DNA from: an uncultured Dehalococcoidia bacterium
GTDB lineage: Bacteria > Chloroflexota > Dehalococcoidia > Lucifugimonadales > CAJWER01
DNA length: 64,000 bases
Direction of reading: 5' to 3'
Assembly (NCBI GenBank): GCA_964608025.1
Contig: CAZSLO010000012.1
Location: 6,347 to 70,346, forward strand
Shown here: positions 27,471 through 37,524 of the stretch, one piece after another
Layout: the number at the start of each line of letters is the position of its first letter
Numbering within the stretch: the stretch's first letter is position 1
Translations under genes and position numbers: made by a program
The notes under the pieces: generated by a model
What the model saw: the letters and a program-made list of their open reading frames with translations, nothing else
Told to the model about the DNA's origin: nothing
Databases searched by the model: none

Positions 27471-29152
27471 TGGCTAACTATAGGGAGAGTGATTCGTGAT
27501 GGTCGTTCCAGATCATGGAAGATAGTCTGACATGCCTTTTCCAGAGTAGATTCAGCGTAATCGTTTCCACCAGTATTATGATTGCGATCAAAATTTGGAA
27601 AGTCACTACTGCAGACGTCTACGCGTATTTTGTGACCATGTTTGAAAAGGTTTGCTGTTGGATTGAGTTCTATGTTGTATTCGTATGGTTTATCTGGCTT
27701 GATCAGCGAAGGATTTTCAATTGAATCTCGGTACCTGGCCCTTACTATACCGTAGCTCAATTCTTGTGCGAAGCCATTTGGCCACACGTCAACTAATCGC
27801 ACGATAAAATCGGTGTCTTTGGCCGAAGATGACGCCCACAAATTCATAGTGACAGGGCCTATTATCTCTACGGAATTTTCGAGGGGAGTTGTAGAATATG
27901 TGAGTATGTCGGAACGACCATCGAGGATTCGCAGGTCTTGGGGCTCTTGTTGTCCTTCGGCGGTGTACAGTGTCATTACAGGATCCCGAGGATCATAAAC
28001 GTACTGGTCCGGTCGTCCTTCATTGGGTTTATTCCAGGTCAAGGTCCCGTCAACTGTGAGATAGAGTTGACGATAGGTTGTGCCTGGAATTGGCCAGTTG
28101 TCGAAGTTTCTCCATTTGTTTGCGCCCATGACGAAAATTCGGACCGCCGGCCATTCAAGAACACCATTGTTTTCTCCTTTTAGGAAGTACGAAAACCAAT
28201 CGTCTGCAAGATCTAGGTAGGCGATTGTAGCTTCTGGCCCAAAGTCTATTTCACCTACCTTTCCGGAAAGCTCGAAGGCTGCATGTGTCCAGGGTCCTAC
28301 AATTAGTTTAGTTTGGGTTTGAGCCACTTTTGTTGCAGCGTTGGATCTCATGCCGGTAAAGTGTTTGATAGCTCCAATTTGCTGATCGTACCAGCCGGTG
28401 GTGATAAGAGCTGGTACGTCCACACTGCTGTGTTTTTTTAAAAACCCAAAGTGGTCGGTCGTGTGATTTTCGAGCCAGTTGCGCCAGTGATATCCCATAC
28501 CGAACATCACTGCGTCAGGGATTTCCATTAAAGGGAGATACCAGAGCCATTTACTTCGGTCCAGATTGGACCACAGGAGCTCGGCCTCATCAGTATTTCT
28601 AGGTCCAGAGAAGTTCTGTGCTCGAAACCGTAAATCTGGGGACAGGGTATTCAGCGTCCACCAAAGAACACGACCGAGTCTAAGAACCCCGCTCATTTCC
28701 CTGTCGAGCAGATTGGCTGATATTGCCTGTGGCATTATTGTCACAAGATGGGGCGGTCGTGCATGTGCCAATTCCCATTGGGTCCAACCAACATAAGAAC
28801 CTCCTATTGTTCCCACTTTTCCACTTGACCAGGGTAGGGAGGCTGACCATTCGACACTATCGTATCCATCTTCTGTGTCGCAGTGAGATGCGCTATAAAA
28901 GCCTGGCATGAATTTCCCATCTGAAGCGTAGCGGCCCCGGACGTCTTGCACCACAACGACATATCCCCGCTCTGCCAATTGGAGATATGTGTCTGTATGG
29001 CGGGATTTATCGTAAGGAGTACGGCTCAAAAGGGTAGCAAATCTTCCGGACGAGTCAGGTCTATAAATGTCAGAACGTAGGATAGTGCCGTCACGTACTT
29101 GTAACGGCATGTTCTTTTCTATTGTCACGTTGAAACCTGGGGGAGCCATCAA
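27467..29152 (-). CDS. CocE/NonD family hydrolase (S15 X-Pro dipeptidyl-peptidase-like)
   Basis: 561 aa, RTPYDK, nucleophile elbow GGSYVGWTQW, C-terminal beta-sandwich region. Confidence 0.82.
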   Translation of the reverse strand: MMAPPGFNVTIEKNMPLQVRDGTILRSDIYRPDSSGRFATLLSRTPYDKSRHTDTYLQLAERGYVVVVQDVRGRYASDGKFMPGFYSASHCDTEDGYDSVEWSASLPWSSGKVGTIGGSYVGWTQWELAHARPPHLVTIMPQAISANLLDREMSGVLRLGRVLWWTLNTLSPDLRFRAQNFSGPRNTDEAELLWSNLDRSKWLWYLPLMEIPDAVMFGMGYHWRNWLENHTTDHFGFLKKHSSVDVPALITTGWYDQQIGAIKHFTGMRSNAATKVAQTQTKLIVGPWTHAAFELSGKVGEIDFGPEATIAYLDLADDWFSYFLKGENNGVLEWPAVRIFVMGANKWRNFDNWPIPGTTYRQLYLTVDGTLTWNKPNEGRPDQYVYDPRDPVMTLYTAEGQQEPQDLRILDGRSDILTYSTTPLENSVEIIGPVTMNLWASSSAKDTDFIVRLVDVWPNGFAQELSYGIVRARYRDSIENPSLIKPDKPYEYNIELNPTANLFKHGHKIRVDVCSSDFPNFDRNHNTGGNDYAESTLEKACQTIFHDLERPSRITLPIVSQ

Positions 29153-29385
29153 ATCACCTTGGATGAACTTTAGTAGGCTTTCTGGGTCAATGCAACATAA
29201 TATAGGGATGATAGGGACTTGTTGTCATCCAGATTGATCAATAGGGGATGTTTTTCTAAATACATTTACAGGTAGATCAGCCAAAATTGGATGTAATTTA
29301 TTTGAAAATAGCCCCGCTATTTTCAAGGGATTGGAAGGGACGCTATCAGCAATAGATTGAGATTGAATACGATCGAGAGACGAAC

Positions 29386-31842
29386 CTAGCTTATTTCGCT
29401 AGGCACCTCAACAGAAGCCTTAGCTAGAAGATCAAATATTGGGCGGTGTTTTCGTTGAGCCAGACGGGGATCTGAATCCAAGATTCTTATGGCCTCTTGC
29501 CGTGCAAGAATGAGGATTTCTTGATCTGTAAGACGTGCGACCTTAAGGTTGGGTAATCCACTCTGGCGAGTACCCATGTAATCACCTGGGCCACGTAACC
29601 CTAGGTCCTGTTCGGATAGCTGGAAACCGTCGTTGATACGCTCAAGTAACTTTAATCTTTTACGTGCCTCTTCACCCGGATCGTCAGATAAAAGAAGACA
29701 ATAACTCTGGTGCTGACCTCTTCCGACACGACCTCGGAATTGATGCAGTTGAGCTAGACCGAACCGATCCGCCCCGTCGATCAACATGACTGTTGCGTTT
29801 GGTACATCGATGCCTACTTCTATAACTGAGGTGGATACAAGGATATCGAGTTTCCCTTCTTTGAAATTTTTCATTACCTGCTCTTTGTCTCTCAGTGGCA
29901 TACGACCGTGCATTAGACCCAGATTCAGGTCCGAGAATACCCGGGTAGACAAATTCTCGTATTCTTCTGTCGCAGCTCGACTCTGGATAGCCTCAGAACC
30001 TTCTATCAATGGGCATACTATGAAAGATTGTCTGCCTGACTCGATCTGTTTTCTAACGAAGCCATAAGCGACTTCACGACCTGAGGGTTCTATCCAGCGT
30101 GTCCTTACGGGATGACGACCTGGTGGCATCTCGTCTATGGTCGATACGTCGAGTTCACCGTATAACGTTAGGGCTAGGGATCGTGGGATTGGTGTCGCCG
30201 ACATTGATAATAAGTGGGGACGTGTTCCCCTTTTACGAAGAGAAGATCGTTGAATTACACCAAATCGGTGTTGCTCATCCACGACGGCAAATGCGAGTTG
30301 GGGTATTTCAACGTCATCTTGGATTATAGCGTGGGTACCGATGACTAGATTTATCTCTCCCTGCGATATTTTCTCATGGAGCCGTATCTTGGTTTTACGA
30401 GATAGGCTTCCGAGGAGCAATCCCATTCGAATTGGAGTGGAAATACTGTCTATTCGGGCTTCAGACATTTCATTATCTATGACTGATGCTCGTAGTAGTT
30501 GTGAGATAGTTAGGTAGTGTTGCTCTGCAAGCATTTCGGTAGGAGCCATCATGGCGCCTTGATATCCGTTGGCTATTGCTGTAAGTAGTCCCGATGCTGC
30601 AATGACTGTTTTCCCGCTGCCTACGTCTCCTTGAAGAAGGCGGTTCATGGGTTTAGATTCGCGAAGGTCGCCCAACATCTCGTGTAGAACCCGGTTTTGG
30701 GACTTTGTCAGCTCGAACGGTAAAGATTCAAAAAAATTATTTATTCCTTGCTTTGACGTGTTGAGAGATATACCAGATTCTTTCCTTTGCCAGTCACGTT
30801 TGCGGGTTAATACCATTAACTGGAGTAATAACAGTTCGTCGAAAGCAAGTCTGTGACGCGCGGCTGCCCAGTCTGCTTGGCTATTAGGGTAATGAGCCTG
30901 AGTGATGGCGTCCTGAAGGCCTATTACCCCAGTTCGGGTCAAGGAGTCATTTGGAAGATACTCTGATATCTGTGAAATCGTGGAGTCGAGTGCCTGTTTT
31001 ATTGCTTTACGAATGGTTTTCTGGGTTAGCCCTTCGGTTGAAGAATAAACAGGAACGAGTCGACCGGTGTGTACAAGCTCTTCTTGGTCTTGGTAGGGCT
31101 CATATTCTGGATCATCTTTGAAAATAGGCGTTCCTCGATAAGCAGATACTCTTCCACTTATAACTATTTGGTCACCAGCTTTTAAGGATCTAGCTAGGTA
31201 GGGTTCTTGCCTGCCCCGCCTACCGGGTCTGAACCAAGTCGCCCGAGCGTTGCCCGTCTCGTCACCTAGAACCGCTTGTACAGACCAAGAATTGGGATTT
31301 CCCTTCCTTCTAGTTGCAGTCACTTCCCAAACATTTACGATCACGGTTTGTGTCTCTCCGATTTCTAATTTGTTTATTTTGCGAATTTTTGCGTAATCGT
31401 TATGGCGACTTGGAAAGTGGTATACAAGATCAGAGACCGACAAAATCCCAAGTCGGCCAAGTTTTTTTGCCAGTTGGTCACCAATTCCCTTCAATTTCAC
31501 GACTTGGTGGTCCAGCTTGATGGCTGGAGATTTCAGAGCGTGTTTAACGGATGTCTGTACTGGACTATTTTTCGATGAATATGTCGACGACCTTTTATCA
31601 AGGGAATCCAGTACTCTCTCTGTAGCACGAGCAACCCAAGATTCACGTTGGACTGGCGTTAAAATCGAGTAAGGGCCGACATCACCTAGAATTGGTTCGA
31701 GGTCGTTCTCCCAGCGTTGCAGCAACTTGTCTAGGCCACCAGCGACAGCACGGTTTTGGTAGCCTTGGTCCCGCTCCATTTCTAGTATATGTAGTAACGG
31801 CTTTATTATTTGGCTGTTTGAGGTCATGAGGTAAACACGCAT
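29386..31842 (-). CDS. recG: ATP-dependent DNA helicase RecG, with an N-terminal extension of about 110 aa
   Basis: 818 aa. Wedge domain, Walker A GDVGSGKTVIA, DEQHRFGV, TATPIPRSL, QLHQFRGRVGRG. Confidence 0.93.
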   Translation of the reverse strand: MRVYLMTSNSQIIKPLLHILEMERDQGYQNRAVAGGLDKLLQRWENDLEPILGDVGPYSILTPVQRESWVARATERVLDSLDKRSSTYSSKNSPVQTSVKHALKSPAIKLDHQVVKLKGIGDQLAKKLGRLGILSVSDLVYHFPSRHNDYAKIRKINKLEIGETQTVIVNVWEVTATRRKGNPNSWSVQAVLGDETGNARATWFRPGRRGRQEPYLARSLKAGDQIVISGRVSAYRGTPIFKDDPEYEPYQDQEELVHTGRLVPVYSSTEGLTQKTIRKAIKQALDSTISQISEYLPNDSLTRTGVIGLQDAITQAHYPNSQADWAAARHRLAFDELLLLQLMVLTRKRDWQRKESGISLNTSKQGINNFFESLPFELTKSQNRVLHEMLGDLRESKPMNRLLQGDVGSGKTVIAASGLLTAIANGYQGAMMAPTEMLAEQHYLTISQLLRASVIDNEMSEARIDSISTPIRMGLLLGSLSRKTKIRLHEKISQGEINLVIGTHAIIQDDVEIPQLAFAVVDEQHRFGVIQRSSLRKRGTRPHLLSMSATPIPRSLALTLYGELDVSTIDEMPPGRHPVRTRWIEPSGREVAYGFVRKQIESGRQSFIVCPLIEGSEAIQSRAATEEYENLSTRVFSDLNLGLMHGRMPLRDKEQVMKNFKEGKLDILVSTSVIEVGIDVPNATVMLIDGADRFGLAQLHQFRGRVGRGQHQSYCLLLSDDPGEEARKRLKLLERINDGFQLSEQDLGLRGPGDYMGTRQSGLPNLKVARLTDQEILILARQEAIRILDSDPRLAQRKHRPIFDLLAKASVEVPSEIS

Positions 31843-32055
31843 ATCATAACCCGGTGGGGCTTCTCTATGTTTGTCAGATCATGTTTATCTGATGAATTAA
31901 GCTAATAAGCAGGTAAAATGCGTGGAAATAGAATGAGATTTACCTTCCCTTGCTGTGTCTTTATTTCGTGAAAATTTGTTGAAGCAAGCCTACCTTTTAG
32001 ATATCACATATTTGATTGAGGAACTCTTGGAATTTGGGAAAGAGGAAATAGAACT

Positions 32056-33096
32056 ATGAAAACTATATCTGGACATGAATTCCCTCTCATAGAAGTTAGT
32101 GGCACTCCATATGAACTTGGATATCAGCACGGTGTTCAAGCATCTTCCCTAGTTCGTGGCTATCTTGATTGGATCGAGAAGCTCACTGGCAAAACCAGAG
32201 ATATCCTTTGCAAGAATGCCATGATGTTTTTGCCACAAATAGAGGCTCTCAGCCCAACTTTAATGGAGGAAATACGTGGCCTTGCGGCGGGTTCTGATAT
32301 TAGTTTAGATGAAGCCATGTTGTGTCAGGTGCGAGCAGAAGCCGCGCGTATAGGCGAAGGTGGGTGCACAGGATTCGCCTTGAAAGGTAATGCTACCTTG
32401 GATGGAAATCCGCTTGCGGGTCAGAACCAAGATCTGGAGCCAGAATACTCGGATGTAGCGATTCTTTTGCGAGTTAAACCTTCTGATGGTAGACCAAGGG
32501 CACTGATGTTCACTTTTGCAGGACAGATTGGATATTCAGGATTAAATGAGCATGGGCTATGCCATTTTGCTAATTCATTATATGGTTTTAAATGGCAAAT
32601 GGGACTACCACACTACCCAATTAAAAGAATCATGATGGAGAAACGTACTACCGGGGAGTGTGTTGAACTACTCAGAAATTATCGAACTTGTTCAGCCCAT
32701 AATGTTGTCATCTGTGATCGAAATGGGAGCATCGAAAATGTCGAGATACGGCCTGATAGTATCGCCCAATTTGAAGATGATGATTCAGATTGGCGTATTC
32801 ACACGAATCACTACGTCAGCGAGAAATTTTCTAAATACGAAGATGGCACCTTGGCAGATTCTTGCGATCGCTTCGATCGTATGAGAATGCTGGTGAAAAA
32901 CCATTGGGGACAAATCACAGTTGATAGAATAAAGATGCTTCTTGCTGACCATGAAGGAGATCCGGCGGGAATATGCCGCCACGGTGCTGACGATATGCAT
33001 TCCATATCTGGATACGTGGCCGAGCCAGCGAAGCGCGTTTTGCATGTACGTCGAGGCCATGGTTGTATTGGTACATGGCAGTCATATGAAGTGTAG
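32056..33096 (+). CDS. C45 family peptidase / acyl-CoA:6-aminopenicillanic-acid acyltransferase-like Ntn hydrolase
   Basis: 346 aa, GTPYELGYQHG, predicted autoprocessing site GGCTGFAL, NQDLE. Confidence 0.75.
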   Translation: MKTISGHEFPLIEVSGTPYELGYQHGVQASSLVRGYLDWIEKLTGKTRDILCKNAMMFLPQIEALSPTLMEEIRGLAAGSDISLDEAMLCQVRAEAARIGEGGCTGFALKGNATLDGNPLAGQNQDLEPEYSDVAILLRVKPSDGRPRALMFTFAGQIGYSGLNEHGLCHFANSLYGFKWQMGLPHYPIKRIMMEKRTTGECVELLRNYRTCSAHNVVICDRNGSIENVEIRPDSIAQFEDDDSDWRIHTNHYVSEKFSKYEDGTLADSCDRFDRMRMLVKNHWGQITVDRIKMLLADHEGDPAGICRHGADDMHSISGYVAEPAKRVLHVRRGHGCIGTWQSYEV

Positions 33097-33220
33097 ATTG
33101 GACAAGTTAATCTTTTCATATTGTTGTACCAACAAACAGGTACGCTATTTTTAGATCGTTCTGGATTTACAGTAACCACGGGGCTATAATTGGATTGCCA
33201 TATCTTAGAGGTTAGAAATC

Positions 33221-33877
33221 GTGAGTGAGTTCTTTACTCTAGCCCCGACGCTTCTCCTAGCGATTTTAGTGGGATATTTGCTGGGTTCATTGCCCACTGC
33301 AAAGCTTATCAGCAGCAGGCTTGGTGTGGATATTTTCGAGACGGGTACGGGGTTGCCAGGTGCAGCAAACGTACTCCGTAGTGTTGGTAAAGTACCAGCA
33401 GGTTTTGTGCTTTTGGGTGACATGGGCAAGGGGACTCTTGCGATCTTGGCAGCCATGTATATCGGTATCGAAATGACGTGGTTGTTATTCCCTGCTTTCG
33501 CTGTCGTTTTAGGACATTGGTGTCCTATTTTCGCTAGATTTCGAGGTGGAGATGGATTGGCCACAATTGGTGGCGCTACTATAGCTTTGTTTCCTGTGGT
33601 TGGCACTATATCAGTGGTCGTGGGAATGGTTGTGGCCTTGGGAGGACAGCGATTGCCGTACAGCTCTCTACTCAGCATAGTGTTCTGCTATGGAACTCTT
33701 ATCCCACTAAATATGGCGTATGGCGGAAATACTTTAATGGCAGTAGGGTTGGGAGGAATAGCTAGTCTGGTTCTGTCCCATGCCCTACTTGGACACAGAC
33801 GCCGTCGTGATATGTCTAGATGGGATAATTTGCTAATCGACGAAATTGTGATATCGGAACGATCGAGCTCTACATAG
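33221..33877 (+). CDS. plsY: glycerol-3-phosphate acyltransferase PlsY
   Basis: 218 aa, polytopic membrane protein. GYLLGSLPTA, GTGLPGAANVLR, DMGKG. GTG start. Confidence 0.85.
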   Translation: MSEFFTLAPTLLLAILVGYLLGSLPTAKLISSRLGVDIFETGTGLPGAANVLRSVGKVPAGFVLLGDMGKGTLAILAAMYIGIEMTWLLFPAFAVVLGHWCPIFARFRGGDGLATIGGATIALFPVVGTISVVVGMVVALGGQRLPYSSLLSIVFCYGTLIPLNMAYGGNTLMAVGLGGIASLVLSHALLGHRRRRDMSRWDNLLIDEIVISERSSST

Positions 33878-34050
33878 TCACAAGGCTAATCTATTCACAA
33901 TTCAGTTTATTGGCTTATCTTTTTCAGGCCCTTGGGCCGTCTTTTGCCGAAAGCCTATTCTAGCGAGTTCAATTTTTATTGTTAAGGAAAAATTCCAAAA
34001 AAATGGATCTGATTCAACTGGCTTACAACCTTAAAATTTAAGAGGTAAAA

Positions 34051-35721
34051 ATGGCTAGGATGACTGGTAAAAAGGCTTTAATGGATATGTTGGAAACTGA
34101 AGGTGTCCAACATATTTTTGGAAATCCTGGGACTAGCGAGACTCCAATTATGGATGAACTCGAAAACCATCCGAAGCTGAACTATTCCTTGGTGCTTCAG
34201 GAGGGAGTGGCACTGGGTATGGCTGACGGCTATGCCCGTGCAACAGGGAAGCCGTCGTTTGTGAATCTTCATATAGAAACGGGATTAGCTAATGGGATTA
34301 GTCTTCTCCACAACGCTAATGAAGGTGGCACACCTTTAGTTCTGAGTGCGGGAAACTTGGATATAAGGGAGCTAGCACGTGGACGGACAGAGTTAGCGGA
34401 GATGGTTCGACTTTTTACTAAATTCACTGCCGAAGCTACGCACCCTGAGCAAGTTCCAGGACTCGTACGAAGAGCCTTCAATGAAGCTAAGACTCCGCCT
34501 ACTGGCCCAACCTTCGTATCGTTTTCTGCAAATTCTCTTGATGATGAAGGGGAGATGGATATATATCCCTCGCCTACAGGATATTTCAAAATACCCCCAG
34601 ATAGGAAAGCAATAGAGGACGCTGCTGACATACTTGGATCTGCTGATAATCCCATCATGGTGGTGGGAGATCGGGTTGCCCAATCAGGTGCAACTGCCGA
34701 GGCTGTGAGTGTCGCAGAGTCGCTGGGGGCTCCTGTTTATGCCTCGTCTTACTCAGAGATGAATTTTCCGACATCCCACGATCTATATTTGGGTGGTATC
34801 AGGCTCGGATTCCCAGAAGCCGTAGGTATACTCAGAGATGCCGATGTTGTTTTGGCTGTAGGTAAGATGAATTCCGGGTACTACATGTTTTCTGAACCTA
34901 TCATGCGATTTTTCAATTCGGATGCACGACTCGTTCATCTGGACGTAGACTCATCTGGTGTGGGCTCTTATCTACCGACCCAGGTAGGACTTATTGCTGA
35001 CCCAAAGATAGCTCTTTCAGAGCTTGGTAACGCCCTAGAGGCTACGATGTCAGGATCGGCCAAGGAATCAGCGAAGGGACGACGGGCAACAATAGGATTA
35101 CAAAAACAATCCCAACGTATTTCCGTTGCAAAGAGACTCAAAGAGAGATGGGATGTTAAGCCCATGTCTGCGGAGCGAATGATGGCAGAGGTAGCCGGAG
35201 TACTTCCACGAGATACCATTATTATTAATGACGCTGTCACTTCAACTACAGCATTGCTAGATGCGATGGAATTCGAGGCGCCAGGTAGTATATATGGAGG
35301 CAGAGGTGGGGCCTTGGGTTGGGGAATGGGTGGGGCGCTTGGTGTGAAGATGGCAAATCCCAATAGACCCGTTGTAGCGATCGATGGTGATGGGAGTGCG
35401 ATGATGACCATTCAGGGTCTTTGGACCGCAGCCAACGAGAATTTACCCGTGGTATACCTTGTGTGCAACAACTCGACGTACCGGGTTTTAAAGTTAAACA
35501 TGGATTTATACAAGGAACATGTTTTAGATATTCCGAACCCCGAAAGCAAGTATCTGGGGATGGATTTCCCACTGCGACCGAATATTGCGGAAATTGCACA
35601 AGGAATGGGTATTTATGGAAGGAGGATAGAAGATCCAGCGGAACTCGGATTTGCAGTGAAAGACGCTCTAGATCTTGGCAAGCCAGCTTTACTCGATGTG
35701 ATTATAGACGGGACAGTCTAG
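34051..35721 (+). CDS. thiamine-diphosphate-dependent enzyme (acetolactate synthase / benzoylformate decarboxylase family)
   Basis: 556 aa. N-terminal PYR domain VQHIFGNPGTSE. C-terminal ThDP motif IDGDGSAMM...NN. Confidence 0.85.
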   Translation: MARMTGKKALMDMLETEGVQHIFGNPGTSETPIMDELENHPKLNYSLVLQEGVALGMADGYARATGKPSFVNLHIETGLANGISLLHNANEGGTPLVLSAGNLDIRELARGRTELAEMVRLFTKFTAEATHPEQVPGLVRRAFNEAKTPPTGPTFVSFSANSLDDEGEMDIYPSPTGYFKIPPDRKAIEDAADILGSADNPIMVVGDRVAQSGATAEAVSVAESLGAPVYASSYSEMNFPTSHDLYLGGIRLGFPEAVGILRDADVVLAVGKMNSGYYMFSEPIMRFFNSDARLVHLDVDSSGVGSYLPTQVGLIADPKIALSELGNALEATMSGSAKESAKGRRATIGLQKQSQRISVAKRLKERWDVKPMSAERMMAEVAGVLPRDTIIINDAVTSTTALLDAMEFEAPGSIYGGRGGALGWGMGGALGVKMANPNRPVVAIDGDGSAMMTIQGLWTAANENLPVVYLVCNNSTYRVLKLNMDLYKEHVLDIPNPESKYLGMDFPLRPNIAEIAQGMGIYGRRIEDPAELGFAVKDALDLGKPALLDVIIDGTV

Positions 35722-35736
35722 GCACCGGAGCATTTC

Positions 35737-36816
35737 ATGACGGGCACTAATAGGCATGTTCTACACGCTGACATGGATGCGTTTTACGCATCGGTTGAAC
35801 AAAGAGATAATCCAACGCTGAAGGGTAAACCTGTCTTAGTAGGTGGCAGTCCAGATGAACGCGGAGTTGTAGCAGCAGCCTCATATGAAGCACGTAGTTT
35901 TGGTATTCGTTCTGCGATGCCGATGCGGACTGCATTGAATCGCTGTCCTATAGCCATACGATTAGATCCTGACTTCAATAAATACCAGTCAGTTTCAAGC
36001 CAGGTCATGGCAATCTTTCGGAAAATATCGATGACCATCGAGCCTATTTCTTTGGATGAAGCCTTTCTTGATGTTACCGATTCTGTCACGGAATGGAATA
36101 CCCCTAAAAAAATTGCGTATAACCTAAAAGCACGTGTTCAGTCAGAACTCAATTTGACTCTTTCTGTGGGTGTTGCTACCAGTAAGTCTGTAGCGAAGAT
36201 TGCGTCTGATATGAACAAACCAGATGGTCTTATGGTCGTTGGGCCTGGTACCGAAAAGGCGTTTCTGGCACCTTTGCCAGTCGGTAAGTTATGGGGTATA
36301 GGGCCGAAGACTACAGAACGATTGAACAAAGACGGTATTGTAACTATTGGAGATCTCGAAAAGATGCCAGAAAAATGGTGGTTGTCACAATTCGGATCGA
36401 CTGCGTGGCACATCAGAAGCTTGTCGCTGGGTCAAGATAACAGCCTTGTACAATCTGTAAGGAAAAGAAAATCAATTAGTGCCGAGACGACATTGGTGAC
36501 TGATACCGGGGATCCAGAGGTACTTCACGAGATGGCCAATAGATTGAGCCAGAGTGTTGGATTGCATCTGGTTAATTTACGATTGAAAGGTCGTACAGTG
36601 AAAATGAAGCTTAGGTTATCCGACTTCACTACATTCACTCGCCAACAGACCCTTTCAGAACCGGTAGATTCGCCGGATGCTATTGGTCGAGCCGTATCTA
36701 CATTATTACGTAAGGAACTTTTTGAAGGCCGAAAATTTCGGCTAGTTGGGGTTGGCGTGTCAGGCTTCGAAGACACCGAAGAACAACTGCTACAACCCCG
36801 CCTTGCAGGATTTTGA
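35737..36816 (+). CDS. dinB: DNA polymerase IV
   Basis: 359 aa, VLHADMDAFYASVE, SLDEAFLDV, SVGVATSKSVAKIASD. Confidence 0.93.
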   Translation: MTGTNRHVLHADMDAFYASVEQRDNPTLKGKPVLVGGSPDERGVVAAASYEARSFGIRSAMPMRTALNRCPIAIRLDPDFNKYQSVSSQVMAIFRKISMTIEPISLDEAFLDVTDSVTEWNTPKKIAYNLKARVQSELNLTLSVGVATSKSVAKIASDMNKPDGLMVVGPGTEKAFLAPLPVGKLWGIGPKTTERLNKDGIVTIGDLEKMPEKWWLSQFGSTAWHIRSLSLGQDNSLVQSVRKRKSISAETTLVTDTGDPEVLHEMANRLSQSVGLHLVNLRLKGRTVKMKLRLSDFTTFTRQQTLSEPVDSPDAIGRAVSTLLRKELFEGRKFRLVGVGVSGFEDTEEQLLQPRLAGF

Positions 36817-36909
36817 ACTATATTGAAATCGAATATGTTTTTTCCTAGCCAATTTTCTTGAGTGTTGGTGATCAATCGAGGTTTAAAATACCCACTAATT
36901 TAAAAACGT

Positions 36910-37524
36910 CTAGTTATCAATGGTAGAGATTCCATATTCAAGGGAAGCATCGTAGAGCCAAGCTCCAAGATAATCCGCAAAGCTGCGACGAACAATGAGA
37001 TCAAAAGAAGCTGTGCTGTCAGAATAGCGAATGATTACGTTGACCTTTGAAATAAGAGTTTGGGCGCACTGACTACTATTAAAAAGATTTGGATGAAGGT
37101 CCAATGTGCAACCCTTTGCTAAGACGTTTCGGGCTTTGTCGCCACCGATGGTGATAATGGTTTGCCCTCCACTAATGTCTGTGATAGAGGCAAAAATGTC
37201 TTGGAATACTCGATTCATCTCCCCTTCTATTTTCTTCCCCAGCTTTGGGGGGGTGATAAGTAGCCATTCGTTAGGGCCCAGCCAGAAAACAGTGAATTGA
37301 TCATTATCTGCAATCGTGTTTGGTTTAAGTGGGAGAGTGAAACCTATAACGCTCTCCACAGCTTTCAAGAAGTCTATATCAGAAGGATCGCCTCGAAGAT
37401 TTAAATGGCCTAAGTAAGATTGCTCCCAGATGACAATGCCAGGTTCATTGGCCAACCTAGCAGATTCTACTGATGATAGAAATTCTGTCAATGGAGATCG
37501 GAGATCGGATGCCTTATTCGACAT
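36910..37524 (-). CDS. soxG: sarcosine oxidase subunit gamma
   Basis: About 204 aa from the ATG at 37524. Sits last in the soxBDAG order and overlaps the soxA stop by 11 nt. Confidence 0.8.
   Translation of the reverse strand: MSNKASDLRSPLTEFLSSVESARLANEPGIVIWEQSYLGHLNLRGDPSDIDFLKAVESVIGFTLPLKPNTIADNDQFTVFWLGPNEWLLITPPKLGKKIEGEMNRVFQDIFASITDISGGQTIITIGGDKARNVLAKGCTLDLHPNLFNSSQCAQTLISKVNVIIRYSDSTASFDLIVRRSFADYLGAWLYDASLEYGISTIDN

Noticed and set aside
33205-33678. 157-aa minus-strand ORF.
   Set aside because: Entirely antisense to plsY, Pro/Thr/Ala-rich and non-protein-like. plsY has clear family motifs.
34269-35599. Several 96-147-aa minus-strand ORFs.
   Set aside because: All are antisense to the ThDP-enzyme gene in a locally GC-richer stretch. 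No motifs.
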